A stretch of DNA of 45,534 bases from Chiloscyllium plagiosum (lineage: Eukaryota). How positions within the stretch are numbered: position 1 is the stretch's first letter; the number at the start of each line of letters is the position of its first letter. Under the pieces are notes generated by a model. That model ran no database searches, was not told the DNA's origin, and saw only the letters and a program-made list of their open reading frames with translations. The stretch is taken from NCBI RefSeq assembly GCF_004010195.1, contig NC_057720.1, forward strand, positions 22,530,665 to 22,576,198, read 5' to 3'. Shown in pieces: positions 34,366 through 45,334 of this stretch. A program made the translations under genes and the position numbers.

Positions 34366-36156
34366 ATGCAGGAGGGCTTCCTGACACAGTATGTAGACAG
34401 GCCAACAAGGGGCGAAGCCATATTAGATTTGGTACTGGGTAATGAGCCTGGCCAAGTGTTAGACTTGGAAGTAGGTGAGCACTTTGGTGATAGCGATCAC
34501 AATTCTGTTATGTTTGCTTTAGTGATAGAAAGGGAAAGGTGTATACCACTGAGCAAGAGTTACAGCTGGGGGAAAGGCAATTACGATGCGATTAGGCAAG
34601 ATTTAGGAAGCATAGGATGGGGGAGGAAACTGCAGGGGATAGGCACATTAGAAATGTGGAGCTTATTCAAGGAAAAGCTCCTGAGTGTCATAGATAAGTA
34701 TGTACCTGTCAAGCAGGGAGGAAGCTGTAGATCGCAAGAGCCGTGGTTTACGAAGGAAGTGGAATCTCTGGTCAAGAGGAAGAAGAAGGCTACTGTTAGG
34801 ATGAGATGTGAAGGCTCAGTTAGGGCACGTGAGGGTTACAAGGTAGCCAGGAAAGACCTAAAGAGAGAGCTCAGAAGAGCCAGGAGGAGACATGAGAAGT
34901 TGTTGGTGGATAGGATCAGGGTAAACCCTAAGGCTTTCTATAGGTATTTAAGCAATAAACGAATGACGAGAGTAAGATTAGGGCCAATCAAGGATAGTAG
35001 TGGGAAGTTGTGTGTGGAGTCAGAGGAGATAGGGGAAGCACTAAATGAATATTTTTCGACAGTATTCATTCTAGAAAACGACAATGTTGTCGAGGAAAAT
35101 ACTGAGATACAGGCTACTAGACTAGCTGTGATTGAAGTTCACAAGGAAGAGGTATTAGAAATCCTGCAGAGTGTGAAAATAGATAAATCCCCTGGGCCAG
35201 ATGGGATTTATCCTAGGATCCTCTGGGAAGCCAGGGAAGAGATTGCCAAGCCTTTGGCATTGATCTTTAAATCGTCATTGTCTACAGGNNNNNNNNNNNN
35301 NNNNNNNNNNNNNNNNNNNNNNNNNNNNNNNNNNNNNNNNNNNNNNNNNNNNNNNNNNNNNNNNNNNNNNNNNNNNNNNNNNNNNNNNNNNNNNNNNNNN
35401 NNNNNNNNNNNNNNNNNNNNNNNNNNNNNNNNNNNNNNNNNNNNNNNNNNNNNNNNNNNNNNNNNNNNNNNNNNNNNNNNNNNNNNNNNNNNNNNNNNNN
35501 NNNNNNNNNNNNNNNNNNNNNNNNNNNNNNNNNNNNNNNNNNNNNNNNNNNNNNNNNNNNNNNNNNNNNNNNNNNNNNNNNNNNNNNNNNNNNNNNNNNN
35601 NNNNNNNNNNNNNNNNNNNNNNNNNNNNNNNNNNNNNNNNNNNNNNNNNNNNNNNNNNNNNTGCCTCACAAACCTTATTGAGTTCTTTGAGGTGACCAAA
35701 TTGGTAGATGAGAGTAAACTGGTTGATGTGGTGTATATGGATTTCAGCAAGGCGATCGATAAGGTTCCCCACAGTAGGCTATTGTACAAAATGCAGAAGA
35801 ATGGGATTGTGGGAGATATAGCAGTTTGGATCAGTAATTGGCTTGCTGAAAGAAGACATAGGGTGGTGGTTGATGGGAAATGTTCATCCTGGAGTCCAGT
35901 TACCAGTGGCGTACCACAAGGGTCGGTGTTGGGTCCACTGCTGTTTGTCATTTTTATAAACGACCTGGATGAGGCTGTAGAAGGGTGGGTTAGTAAATTT
36001 GCAGACGACACTAAGGTCGGTGGAGTTGTGGATAATGACGAAGGACGTTGTAGGTTACAGAGAGACATAGATAAGCTGCAGAGCTGGGCTGAGAGGTGGC
36101 AAATGGAGTTTAATGCGGACAAGTGTGAGGTGGTTTACTTTGGTTGGAGTAACTGA
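34366..36156 (+). pseudogene. Longest open segment of HER1 ORF2 (APE C-terminus, tether, RT)
   Basis: [58 protein letters not shown]. It spans an N gap and has frameshifts upstream and a stop at 36154-36156. Confidence 0.9.
35289..35661. other. Assembly gap
   Basis: Run of N. Confidence 1.
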
Positions 36157-39100
36157 AATGCAAAGTACTGGGCTAATGGTAAGATTCTTGGTACTGTGGA
36201 TGAGCAGAGAGATCTCACTGCGCAGGTACACAGATCCTTGAAAGTTACCACCCAGGTTGACAGGGTTGTTAACAAGGCACACAGTGTTTTACCTTTTTTT
36301 AATAGAGGGATCGAGTTCCAGAACCAGAGGTTATGCTGCAGCTGTACAAAACTCTGGTGCGGCCACACTTGGAGTATTGTGTACAGTTCTGGTCACCGCA
36401 TTATAAGAAGGATGTGGAAGCTTTGGAAAGGAGATTTACTAGGATGTTGCTTGGTATGGAAGGAAGGTCTTATGAGGAAAGGCTGAGGGACTTGAGGCTG
36501 TTTTCGTTAGAGAGAAGAAGGTTGAGAGGTGACTTAATAGAGACATATAAGATAATCAGAGGGTTAGACAGGGTGAACAGGGAGAGCCATTTTCCAAGGA
36601 TGGTGACAGTGAGCATGAGGGAGCATAGCTTTAAATTGAGGGGTGATAGAAATAGGACAGATGTCAGAGGTAGTTTCCTTACTCAGAGAATAGTAAGGAT
36701 ATGGAATGCTTTGCCTGCAACGGTAGTAGCTTCGGCAACTTTAAGTACATTTAAGTCGTCATTGGGCAAGCATAGGGACGTACATGGAATAGTGTAGGTT
36801 AGATGGATTTCAGATTGGTATGACAGGTCAGCGCAACATCGAGGGCCGAAGGGCCTGTACTGCGCTGTAATGTTCTACGTTCTAATGTTCCAGGATACAA
36901 ATGCTACAGGAAGGACAGAAAGGGAGGCAAAAGAGGAGGGGGAGTGGTGTTTTTGAAAAGGGATACCATTACACCTGTACTGAGGGAGAATATTCCGAGA
37001 AATACTTCCAGGGAAGTTATTTGGGTTGAACTGTGAAATAAAAAAGGGATGATCACCTTACTGGGATTGTATTATAGACCCCTTAATAATCAGAGGGAAA
37101 TTTGAGAAACAATTTTTTAAAGAAATCTCAGTAATCTCTAAGAATAATAGGGTGGTTATGATAGGGGATTTTAACTTTCCAAACATAGACTGGGACTACC
37201 ATAGTGTTAAGGGTTTAAATGGAGAGGAACTTGTTAAGTGTGTACAAGAAAATTTTCTGATTCAGTATGTGCATGTACCTACTAGAGAAGGTGCAAAATT
37301 TGACCTACTCTTGGCAAATAAGGCAGAGCAGGTGACTGAGGTGTCAGTGGGGGAGCACTTTGGGGCCAGCAACCATAATTCTATTAGATTTAAAATAGTG
37401 ATGGAAAAGGATAGACCAGATCTAAAAGTTGAAGTTCTAAATTGGAGGATGGCTAATTTTGACGGTATTAGGCAAGAACTTTCAAAAGCTGACTGGGGGC
37501 AGATTTTCGCAGGCAAAGGGACGGCTGGAAAATGGGAACCCTTCAGAAATGATAAAGATAGTCCAGAGACAAGATATTTCTGTTAAGGTGAAAGGAAAGG
37601 CTGGCAGGAGTTGGGAATGCTGGATGACGAAAGAAATTGAGGGTTTGGTTCAGGAAAAGAAGGAAGCATATGTCAGGTATAGACAAGATAGATCGAATGA
37701 ATCCTTAGAAGAGTATAAAGACAGTAGGAGTATACTTAAGAGCGAAACCAGGAGGGCAAAAAGCGGACATGAGATAGCTTTGGCAAATAGAATTAAGGAG
37801 AATCCAAAGGATGTTTACAAATACATTAAGGACAAAAGGGTAACTAGGGAGAGAATAGGGCCCCTCAAAGATCAGCAAGGCGGCCTTTGTGTGGAGCCAC
37901 AGGAGATCGGGGAAGATACTAAACGAGTATTTTGAGTATTTACTGTGGAAAAGGACATGAAAGATATACAATGTAGGGAAATAGATGGTGCGATCTTGAA
38001 AAAATGTTCATATTACAGAGGAGGAAGTGCTCGATGTCTTGAAACACAGAAAAGTGCATAAATACTCAGGACCTGATCAGGTATACCCAAGAACTCTGTG
38101 AGAAGCTAGGGAAGTGATTGCTGGGCCATTTGCTGAGGTATTTGTATCATCGATAGTCACAGATGAGGTTCTGGAAGACTGGAGGTTGGCAAATGTGGTA
38201 CCACTCTTTAAGAAGTATGGTAAGGACAAGCCAGGGAACTATAGACCAGTGAGCTTGACGTCGGTGATGGGCATGTTGTTAGAGGGAATCCTATGGGACA
38301 GGATGTACATGTATTTGGAAAGGCAAGGGCTGATTAGGGATAGTCAACATGGCTTTGTGCGTAGGAAATCATGTCTCACAAACTTGATTGAGTTTTTTGA
38401 GTAAGTAACAAAGAGGATTTATAAGGGCAGAGCAGTGGATGTGATCTATATGAACTTCAGTAAGGCTTCAAAAGGGTTCCCCATGGAAGACTGGTTAATA
38501 AGGTTAGGTCTCATGGAATACAGGGAAACCTAGCCATTTGGATACAGAACTGGCTCAAGGGCAGAGGTTAGTGGTGGAGGGTTATTTTTCAGACTGGGGC
38601 TGTGACCAGTGGTGTGCCACAAGGATTGGTGCTGGGTCCACTACTTTTCATGATTTATATAAATGATTCGGATGTGACCACAAGAGGTACAGTTAGTAAG
38701 TTTGCAGATGACACCAAAATTGGAGGTGTAGTGGACAGCGAAGAAGGTTATCTCAGATTGCAATGGGATCTTGATCAGATGGGCCAATGGGGTGAGAACT
38801 AGCAGATGGAGTCTAATTTAGATAAATGTTAGTTGCAGCATATTGGGAAAGCAAATCTTAGCAGAATTTATACACTTAATGGTAACGTCCTAGAGAGTAT
38901 TGTTGAACAAAGAGACCTTGGAGTGCAGGTTCATAGCTCCTTGAAAGAGGAGTCACAGGTAGATAGGATAGTGAAGAAGGCATTTGGTATGCTTTCCTTT
39001 ATTGGTCAGAGTATTGAGTACAGGAGTTGGGATGTCATGTTGTGGCTGTACAGGACATTGGTTAGGCCACTTTTGGAATATTGTGTGCAATTCTGGTCTC

Positions 39101-39540
39101 CTTCCTATCTGAAGGATGTTATGAAACTTGAAAGGATTCAGAAAAGATTTACAAAGATGATGCCAGGGTTGGAGGATTTGAGCTATAGGGAGAGGCTAAT
39201 CATGCTAGGGCTGTTTTCCCTGGAGCGTCGGAGGTTGAGGGGTGCCCTTATAGAGGTTTATATAATTATGAGGGGCATGGATAGGATAAATAGACAAAGT
39301 GTCTTCCCTGAGATGGGGTGTGGGGTGGGGGGGAGTCCAGAAGTAGAGGGCATAGGTTTAGGGTGGGAGGGGCAAGATATTAAAGAGACCTAAGGGGCAA
39401 CTTTTTCACGCAAAGGCTGGTACGTATATGGAATGAGTTGCCAGAGGAAGTGGTGGAAGCTAGTCCAATTGCAACATTTAAAAGGCATCTGAATGGGTAT
39501 ATGAATATGAAGCTTTTGGAAGGATATGGGCCGAGTGCTG

Positions 39541-41256
39541 TACACTTCTATGAGTCTATGACCTCTCATCCTTCTTTGCTCCAATGAAAAAAACCCTAGG
39601 TCCCTCAACCTTTCTTTGTAAGGCATGCCCTCCAGTCCAGGCAGCATCCTGGTAAATCTGCTCTGTACCCTCTCTCAAGCTACCACATCCTTCCTATAAT
39701 GAGGCAACCTGAACGGAACACAATATTCCAAGTGTGGTTTAACCAGGGCTTTTTAGAAATGCAGCTTAACCTTGTGGTGCTTGCACTCAATCTTTCTGCT
39801 CATGAAAGCGAACACACCATCCGCCTTCTCAACAACCCATCAACTATTGTGGAAACTTTGAGGGATCTCTGGACATGGATGCCAAGCTCCCCCTGTTCCT
39901 CAATACCGCCACGACTCTTACCTTTAAATCTGTATTCTGCATTCAAATTCAACCTTCCAAAGTGAATCACTTCACAATTTTCCACGTTGAACTCTATCTG
40001 CTACTTATCAGCCCAGTTCTGCACCCTGTCAATGTCCTGTTGCAACCTACAACACCCCTCCACACTATCCACCAACCATTGGGTCATTGGTAAACTTACT
40101 AACCCACCCTTCCACTTCCTCATCCAAGTCATTTATAAAAATCATAAAGAACAGAGGTCCCAGAACCAATCTCTGTGGAACACCACTAGTCACCAAGCTC
40201 CAGGCTGAATACTTTCCATCTATCACTACCATTTGTCTTCTATGGACCAGCCAATTCTGTATCCAGCATAGCTAAATGTCCCTGTATCCCATACCTCCTT
40301 GCTCTCTGAATGAGCCTACCATGGGGAACCTTATCAAACACCCAGGTACACCGCATCCACTGCTGTACTTTCATCCTCAAAGAATTAAATAAGGTTTGTG
40401 AGGCATGACCTGCTTCTCACAAAGCCATGCTGACTATCTCTAATCAAACTATGGTTTTCCAATAGTCATAAATCCTGCCTCTCAGAATCCTCTCCAATAC
40501 TTTACCCACCACTGACGTAAGACTGACTGATCTGTAATTTCCAGGATTATCCCTACTCCCTTTCTTGAACAAGGGAATAACATTTGCCATTCTCCAATCA
40601 TCTGGCATTACTCCAGTGGACAGTGAGGACACAAAGATCACCGCCAAAGGTACAACAATCTTTTCCCTCACTTCCTGTAGAAACTAAGGGTATATCCCAT
40701 CTTGCCCAGGGGATTTATCTACCCTTATGTTTTTCAAAACTTTCAGCACATTCTCCTTCTTAATGTCAACCTGTTCTAGCATATCAGCCTGTTTCACGTT
40801 GTCCTCAGAATGTCAAGGTCCCTCTCAGTAGTGAATACTGAAGCAATGTATTCATTATCGATCTCCCCTACCTCCTCTGTCTCGGCGCAAGTTCCCTCCA
40901 CTATCCCTGATCAACCCTACCCTTATTATGGCCATCATTCTATTCCTCATATAAGTGTAGAATGCCTTAAATTTTTCCTTAATCTTACTGCTAAGGCTTT
41001 TTCATGCCCCATTCTAGCTCTCCTAAGTCCATTCTTCAGTTCCATCCTGGCTACCTTGTAACCCTCTAAAGCCCTGTCTGATCCTTGCCTCCTCAACCTT
41101 AAGTAAGCTTCCTTCTTCCTGTTGACTAGATGTTTCACATCCCTTGTCACCTAAGGTTCTTTCAAACTACCATCCCTTCCTTGCCTCAGTGGGACAAACC
41201 AGTCCAGCACTATCAGCAAGTGCTTCCTAAACGACCTCCACATTTCTGTCGTGCAT
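39541..41256 (-). mobile_element. CR1/HER1-like LINE ORF2 fragment, tail-to-tail with the preceding CR1
   Basis: Minus ORFs: DWRMANVIPLFKKGSRDNPGNYRSVSLTSVVGK, CEVIHFGRLN, MLPGLEGMPYKERLRDLG. Confidence 0.93.
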
Positions 41257-41369
41257 GTTATGTGCTGGGAAGGTAAATGTTCCTGTTAAATACTTACATC
41301 GTGAATTAGCGGCCTCCATTGTAGCAGTGGGAGTGGTGAGAGCTCGGACCAGGAGGCTGCCTATATTCT

Positions 41370-41501
41370 TATCCTATATGTTTATATAAATGACAAACAA
41401 AAGTGGAACCAGCACCGATCCTTGCTGGTCACTGACCTCCAGTCTGATCAACAACCCACCTTCTGTCTCGTAATGTCAAGTTAATTTTGTATCCAATTGG
41501 C
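41370..41501 (-). mobile_element. Small old CR1 RT fragment
   Basis: tttatataaatgacaaacaaaagtggaaccagcaccgatccttg is the reverse of QGSVLVPLLFVIYIN. Confidence 0.75.
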
Positions 41502-41519
41502 AGACAACTGTGAGGTGAT

Positions 41520-42230
41520 GCGTGAGGTGAGGTCAAGAGCATTTTGGGAGGTGAAATGCAAGATAAAAGTATACAGTAAATGGCAGGACCCTTAGGATCA
41601 TCATATATAAAAGAATCTTGGGGTCTACATTCATAACTCCCTGAAAGGGATAACACAGTGGGCAACTTTTGCTACAGCATCAGATGTTGAGGGAAGAGCT
41701 GATAGTGGCATTACAATTTTGAGAAACATCGTTCGACCGCAGTATTTTTCCCAGAGTGAAAATATCAAATATTAGGAAACATAGCTTTAATATGAGAAGG
41801 GGAAAGTTTATAGGAGATGTGCGAGGTAAGTATTTTTCACAGTGGGTGGTAGATGCATGGAATATGCTGCCAGGTGAGTTGGTAGAAGCAGATACAATAG
41901 TAACATTAAGGAGATATTTAGATAGACACATGAACAGGCAGGGAATAGAGAGATATGGACCAAAGACCTTGGAGTGCAGGTTCATAGTTCCTTGAAAGTG
42001 GAGTCACAGGTAGATAGGATAGTAAAGAAGGTGTTAATGGCTGAAATGTTGATTTTCCTGCTCCTCAGATGCTGCCTGACCTGCTGTGCTTTTCCAGCAC
42101 CACACTCTTCGACTCTGCTCTCCAGCATCTGCTGTCCTCACTTTCTCCCAGTTTGATATACTTGCCTTCATTGGTCAGCACATTGAGTAAAGGAGTTGGG
42201 AGGTCATGTCCCAGCTGCACAGGACATTTG
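41520..42230 (+). mobile_element. Two abutting CR1 3' fragments (~41520-41962 and ~41963-42230)
   Basis: RKHSFNMRRGKFIGDVRGKYFSQWVVDAWNMLP, then DLGVQVHSSLKVESQVDRIVKK. Confidence 0.85.
42036..42150 (+). mobile_element. Penelope tail inserted in a CR1 fragment
   Basis: ctgaaatgttgattttcctgctcctcagatgctgcctgacctgctg...ctcactttctcc interrupts aagaaggtgtt|tgatatacttgcc. Confidence 0.85.
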
Positions 42231-42236
42231 TAATGA

Positions 42237-43187
42237 TAGCCCAAATCTTCTAATTCGAAGATTGGTGTTGCTGAAGTGTAGACTGGAGTTGTTAGATAGA
42301 ACCATGCAGACGTTCCAATGCAGTTGACTCCATGGGAGTTGGCGAATAAACTGAAACTTTTGATGAGTAATTATCCAGTGTCTGGAACGCTCTGACAAAC
42401 TCCCCCAACAAGTTGGAGTTGATAACTTCGGAGGGCTTTCCACTGACTTTGCTTAATAGCTACCCAGGCAATGTTAAAGCGAGTAAAATCACTACTGATA
42501 CACCCCTACCCTGAATGGACCCCAAAATCCATCATGGCATCCAGAACACCACCATAACCGTGATCCAGAACACCTCCCTCCAGCTACTCTCTCTGGCCCC
42601 AACATTCCTAACATGCCTGCACTAGCCCAAATCGGCCTCTATCCTCACAAACGCTAGGTTCATCCTCCTCATGGAGATGACCCACCCTTATTCCCGAAAT
42701 CCCCTCTTGACTTGACCTGTTTCTACAACACCCAACCTGAGCCATGACCCTCTGACTCTCTCCCCACAACGCTATGCTCCCCGAGCTCTAAATGGACACA
42801 CCCCAACAGCTTCCAATGATCCGATCATAACCCTCAACCCACCATAAGCCTTCACTCAATTGTGTACACCCCCAGATGTCTGGCACTCTAACTCTCCACT
42901 TACCCTGTACCAATAATCCCTCAACAACCTGACACCCTATCCCCTTTACGTACCGTCTCTCAGTAGCTCTTAAAGTTTCTTTGGGACCTTCAGACCAGGG
43001 AATTCAACAAGAATTGCCATAAAAGAGGGGTGAAGTTTCAGTACTACCACTCTACTGTGTGGTTTTCTGGACTGCTTTTGTTAATAAGTATCCTCCTTGT
43101 ACATTCAGCGACAAATATTCTGTAGAGGTAAGCTGACAATTTTTTGTCTAATCAGGATCAATAATAGCGATCGGAAGATTTGGGCTA
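42237..43187. mobile_element. ~950 bp MITE-like element with perfect 14-bp terminal inverted repeats
   Basis: TAGCCCAAATCTTC (42237-42250) and GAAGATTTGGGCTA (43174-43187), with a non-coding C-rich interior. Confidence 0.7.
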
Positions 43188-43376
43188 AATTTTCTTTTAT
43201 AGCAACTTGGAATAACATAGTAAATGATGTGTATGTGACGTCTTCAGTGTATTTTTGCTACATCTGGGCAGTTTGCTTCTGATTTTATACCACATAATGG
43301 TTGCCTGTGGTGAATAATGCATCTCAGTCAAGATATGTTCATGCCAAAGACTTTTTTTAAGTAGATACATTGAAAC

Positions 43377-43501
43377 CTGATGAAGGGTTAATGCCCGAAA
43401 CATCGATGCTCCTGCTCCTCGGGTGCTGCCTGACCTGCTGTGCTCTTCCAGCACCACACTCTCGACTCTAATCTCCTGTATCTGCAGTCCTCACTTCTCC
43501 C
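43377..43501 (+). mobile_element. Short Penelope tail beginning at the hammerhead core, with TSD
   Basis: CTGATGA-AGGGT-TAAT-GCCC-GAAAC-aTC. Flanks ACAtTGAAACCT (43367-43378) and ACAgTGAAACCT (43502-43513). Confidence 0.85.
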
Positions 43502-44037
43502 ACAGTGAAACCTCTGTTTGAAAAGCAAACCCCCATGTAAAAGAACTGCTGCTCTTTACCTTTACCTCTCAGTAAATAATACTGATCTACAATCCACAAG
43601 TCAGAACAGTAACAGAAGATTGGAGTGACGTAAAAGATGATCAGGAACAGTCTGTAGATCTATGAGGTGGCACATTTTGAACCACACTCGGCTCTGGAGA
43701 TCACGAAATGTGAGTAATGCCCTTTTGTAACTTCTAAATTTGCATGCCTAACTCATAACTGACAGTCTTTGCCCAGAGATTTTGTGTTTCCAAGCAAGAT
43801 TTGAATTCAAACGTACAGTTTGAGAGCCGTAGTGAAGCACACATGGCAGTGCAAGTTCAGTTTGGGGCTGGCTGAAAGGCCACTTTCAGTTCTTGGTGAT
43901 AGCAGTCAAGCTTCTCATATAGTTCTTAAACATCCTAAGCCTCACCCTCACCCACTTTCCCATGCCCTTTGATACACCTCATGAAGCCTCCATGTTCCCA
44001 ATCTTTCCTCCACAGTCATTCACTTAACTTCTAAGAA

Positions 44038-44320
44038 TAGATTAGATTCCCTATAGTATGGGAACAGGCCATTTGGCCCAACAAGTTCACACCGACCCTC
44101 CAAAGAGTAACCCACCGAGACCCATTTCCCTACCCTATATTTATCCCGGAAAAAGCACCCAACACTGTGGGAAATTTAACCTGCGTCTTGTGGGAGGAAA
44201 CTTAGCACCCAAAAGAAACGCATGCAGACATGGGGAGAATGTGCAAACTCTATACAATCGCCCAAGGTGGGAATCAAACCCGGGTCCCTGAGTGCTAACC
44301 ACTGAGCCACTATGCCACCC
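44038..44320 (-). mobile_element. HE1-type V-SINE, older with internal deletions
   Basis: Minus strand: A box TGGCTCAGTGG, B-box-like GGTTTGATTCC, V-domain gagtttgcacattctccccatgtctgc, tail aatctaatcta. Confidence 0.9.
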
Positions 44321-44954
44321 TATGTATAGTTCACAAGGGCCATGCAATTTGTGAGGCTGTAAAAATAACTTTGTAGCAATCTAAAGAAATTCATTCAAAA
44401 ATTCATCACTGGTTTTGCAAAGAAAACAATATCACTGTCACAGGAAAAAAAAAGTTGACCACTAAAGTGACCATTATGTTATGTGAACAAACAGCCATTT
44501 CTGCAGGAACCATGTTGAAAGCAGATTATGTTATTACATCACCTTAAAACTATCAATTACTCCCCTGAGCAGATACATCAATAAAGCTGAGTACGTAATA
44601 TTTGGACCTTAGCCAAACATTCATAATAACAGCTACAATTAAATTATTAGCTTCAAACTTCAGGAAACATGGTGTATTTTCCATTTCCAAGTCTATCAAA
44701 TCAATGAAGTAGGGCAGATGGTTAGATTTTACAAGGCAATCTATTTCAATGTAAAAGATACTTCAAACTTGAAATTTCAGCCCAAAACATAGCAGAAACT
44801 TTTTCTGACATTGTTCTCTGCAGTTTTGGATATGCTACTGCATTTTCTCCATGAGAAGTTTGAGAGAACGCATCCTAATGCTTGCAGAATGCTACCCAAT
44901 GCAATGATCAACTTACCTTTGCCGGGTTCAGGTATATAATTCTTTGAAATTTGC

Positions 44955-45334
44955 AGGGTGGTTAAGAAGGCATCTCGCATGCTCACCTTCATTGCTCAGA
45001 CCTTTGTGGAAAAATTGGGATGTCATGTTGAGGCTGTACATGACACTGGTGAGGCCGTTTTTTGGAGTACTGTGTGCAGTTCTGGTTGCCCTGCTATACG
45101 AAGAATGTTAATAAATTGGACAGAGTTCAAAAAAAAGATTTACCAGGATGTTTTCAGGAATGGAGGTGTGACTTATAAGGACAGGCTGGGAAATATTTTC
45201 GCTGGAGCATAACAAGTTGAAAGGTGACATTAAGGAGGTTATCAAATCATAACAGGTATAAATAGGGTGAATGGCAGGTGTCTGTCCCGAGGGTAGGGGA
45301 TTTCAAGACTAGGGAGCATATTTTTAAGGTGGTA
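44955..45334 (+). mobile_element. CR1 LINE C-terminal fragment
   Basis: RVVKKASRMLTFI, ttggagtactgtgtgcagttctgg (LEYCVQFW), KTREHIFKV. Confidence 0.88.

Larger units (their letters stand above)
33773..36882 (+). mobile_element. Nested HER1/CR1 LINE (complete ORF2 region plus tail, ORF1 lost)
   Basis: LKCVYFNTRSI (APE start) through RT (FADDTK) to tail gggccgaagggcctgtactgcgctgtaatgttctacgttct. TAAT is repeated at both junctions (33769-33772, 36883-36886). Confidence 0.95.
32590..39540 (+). mobile_element. Near full-length, inactivated CR1 LINE (ORF1 + ORF2), split by a nested HER1 at 33773-36882
   Basis: ORF1 at 32590-33500. The ORF2 APE start (YFNARGL...WDIIAITETWLRDGQNWQFN) breaks at 33772 and resumes at 36887 (VPGYKCYRKDR). 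Then GDFNFP, PGNYRPVSLTS, SGVPQG..LGPLLF, KFADDTK, LEYCVQFWSP. Many stops and frameshifts, and the 3' tail is missing. Confidence 0.95.

Noticed and set aside
35208..36122. 304-aa minus-strand ORF
   Set aside because: It is the antisense shadow of the CR1 RT and also runs through the gap.
34366..36156. 596-aa ORF as an active LINE ORF2
   Set aside because: It spans an N gap, the APE domain upstream has frameshifts and a stop, there is a premature stop at 36154, and ORF1 is absent.
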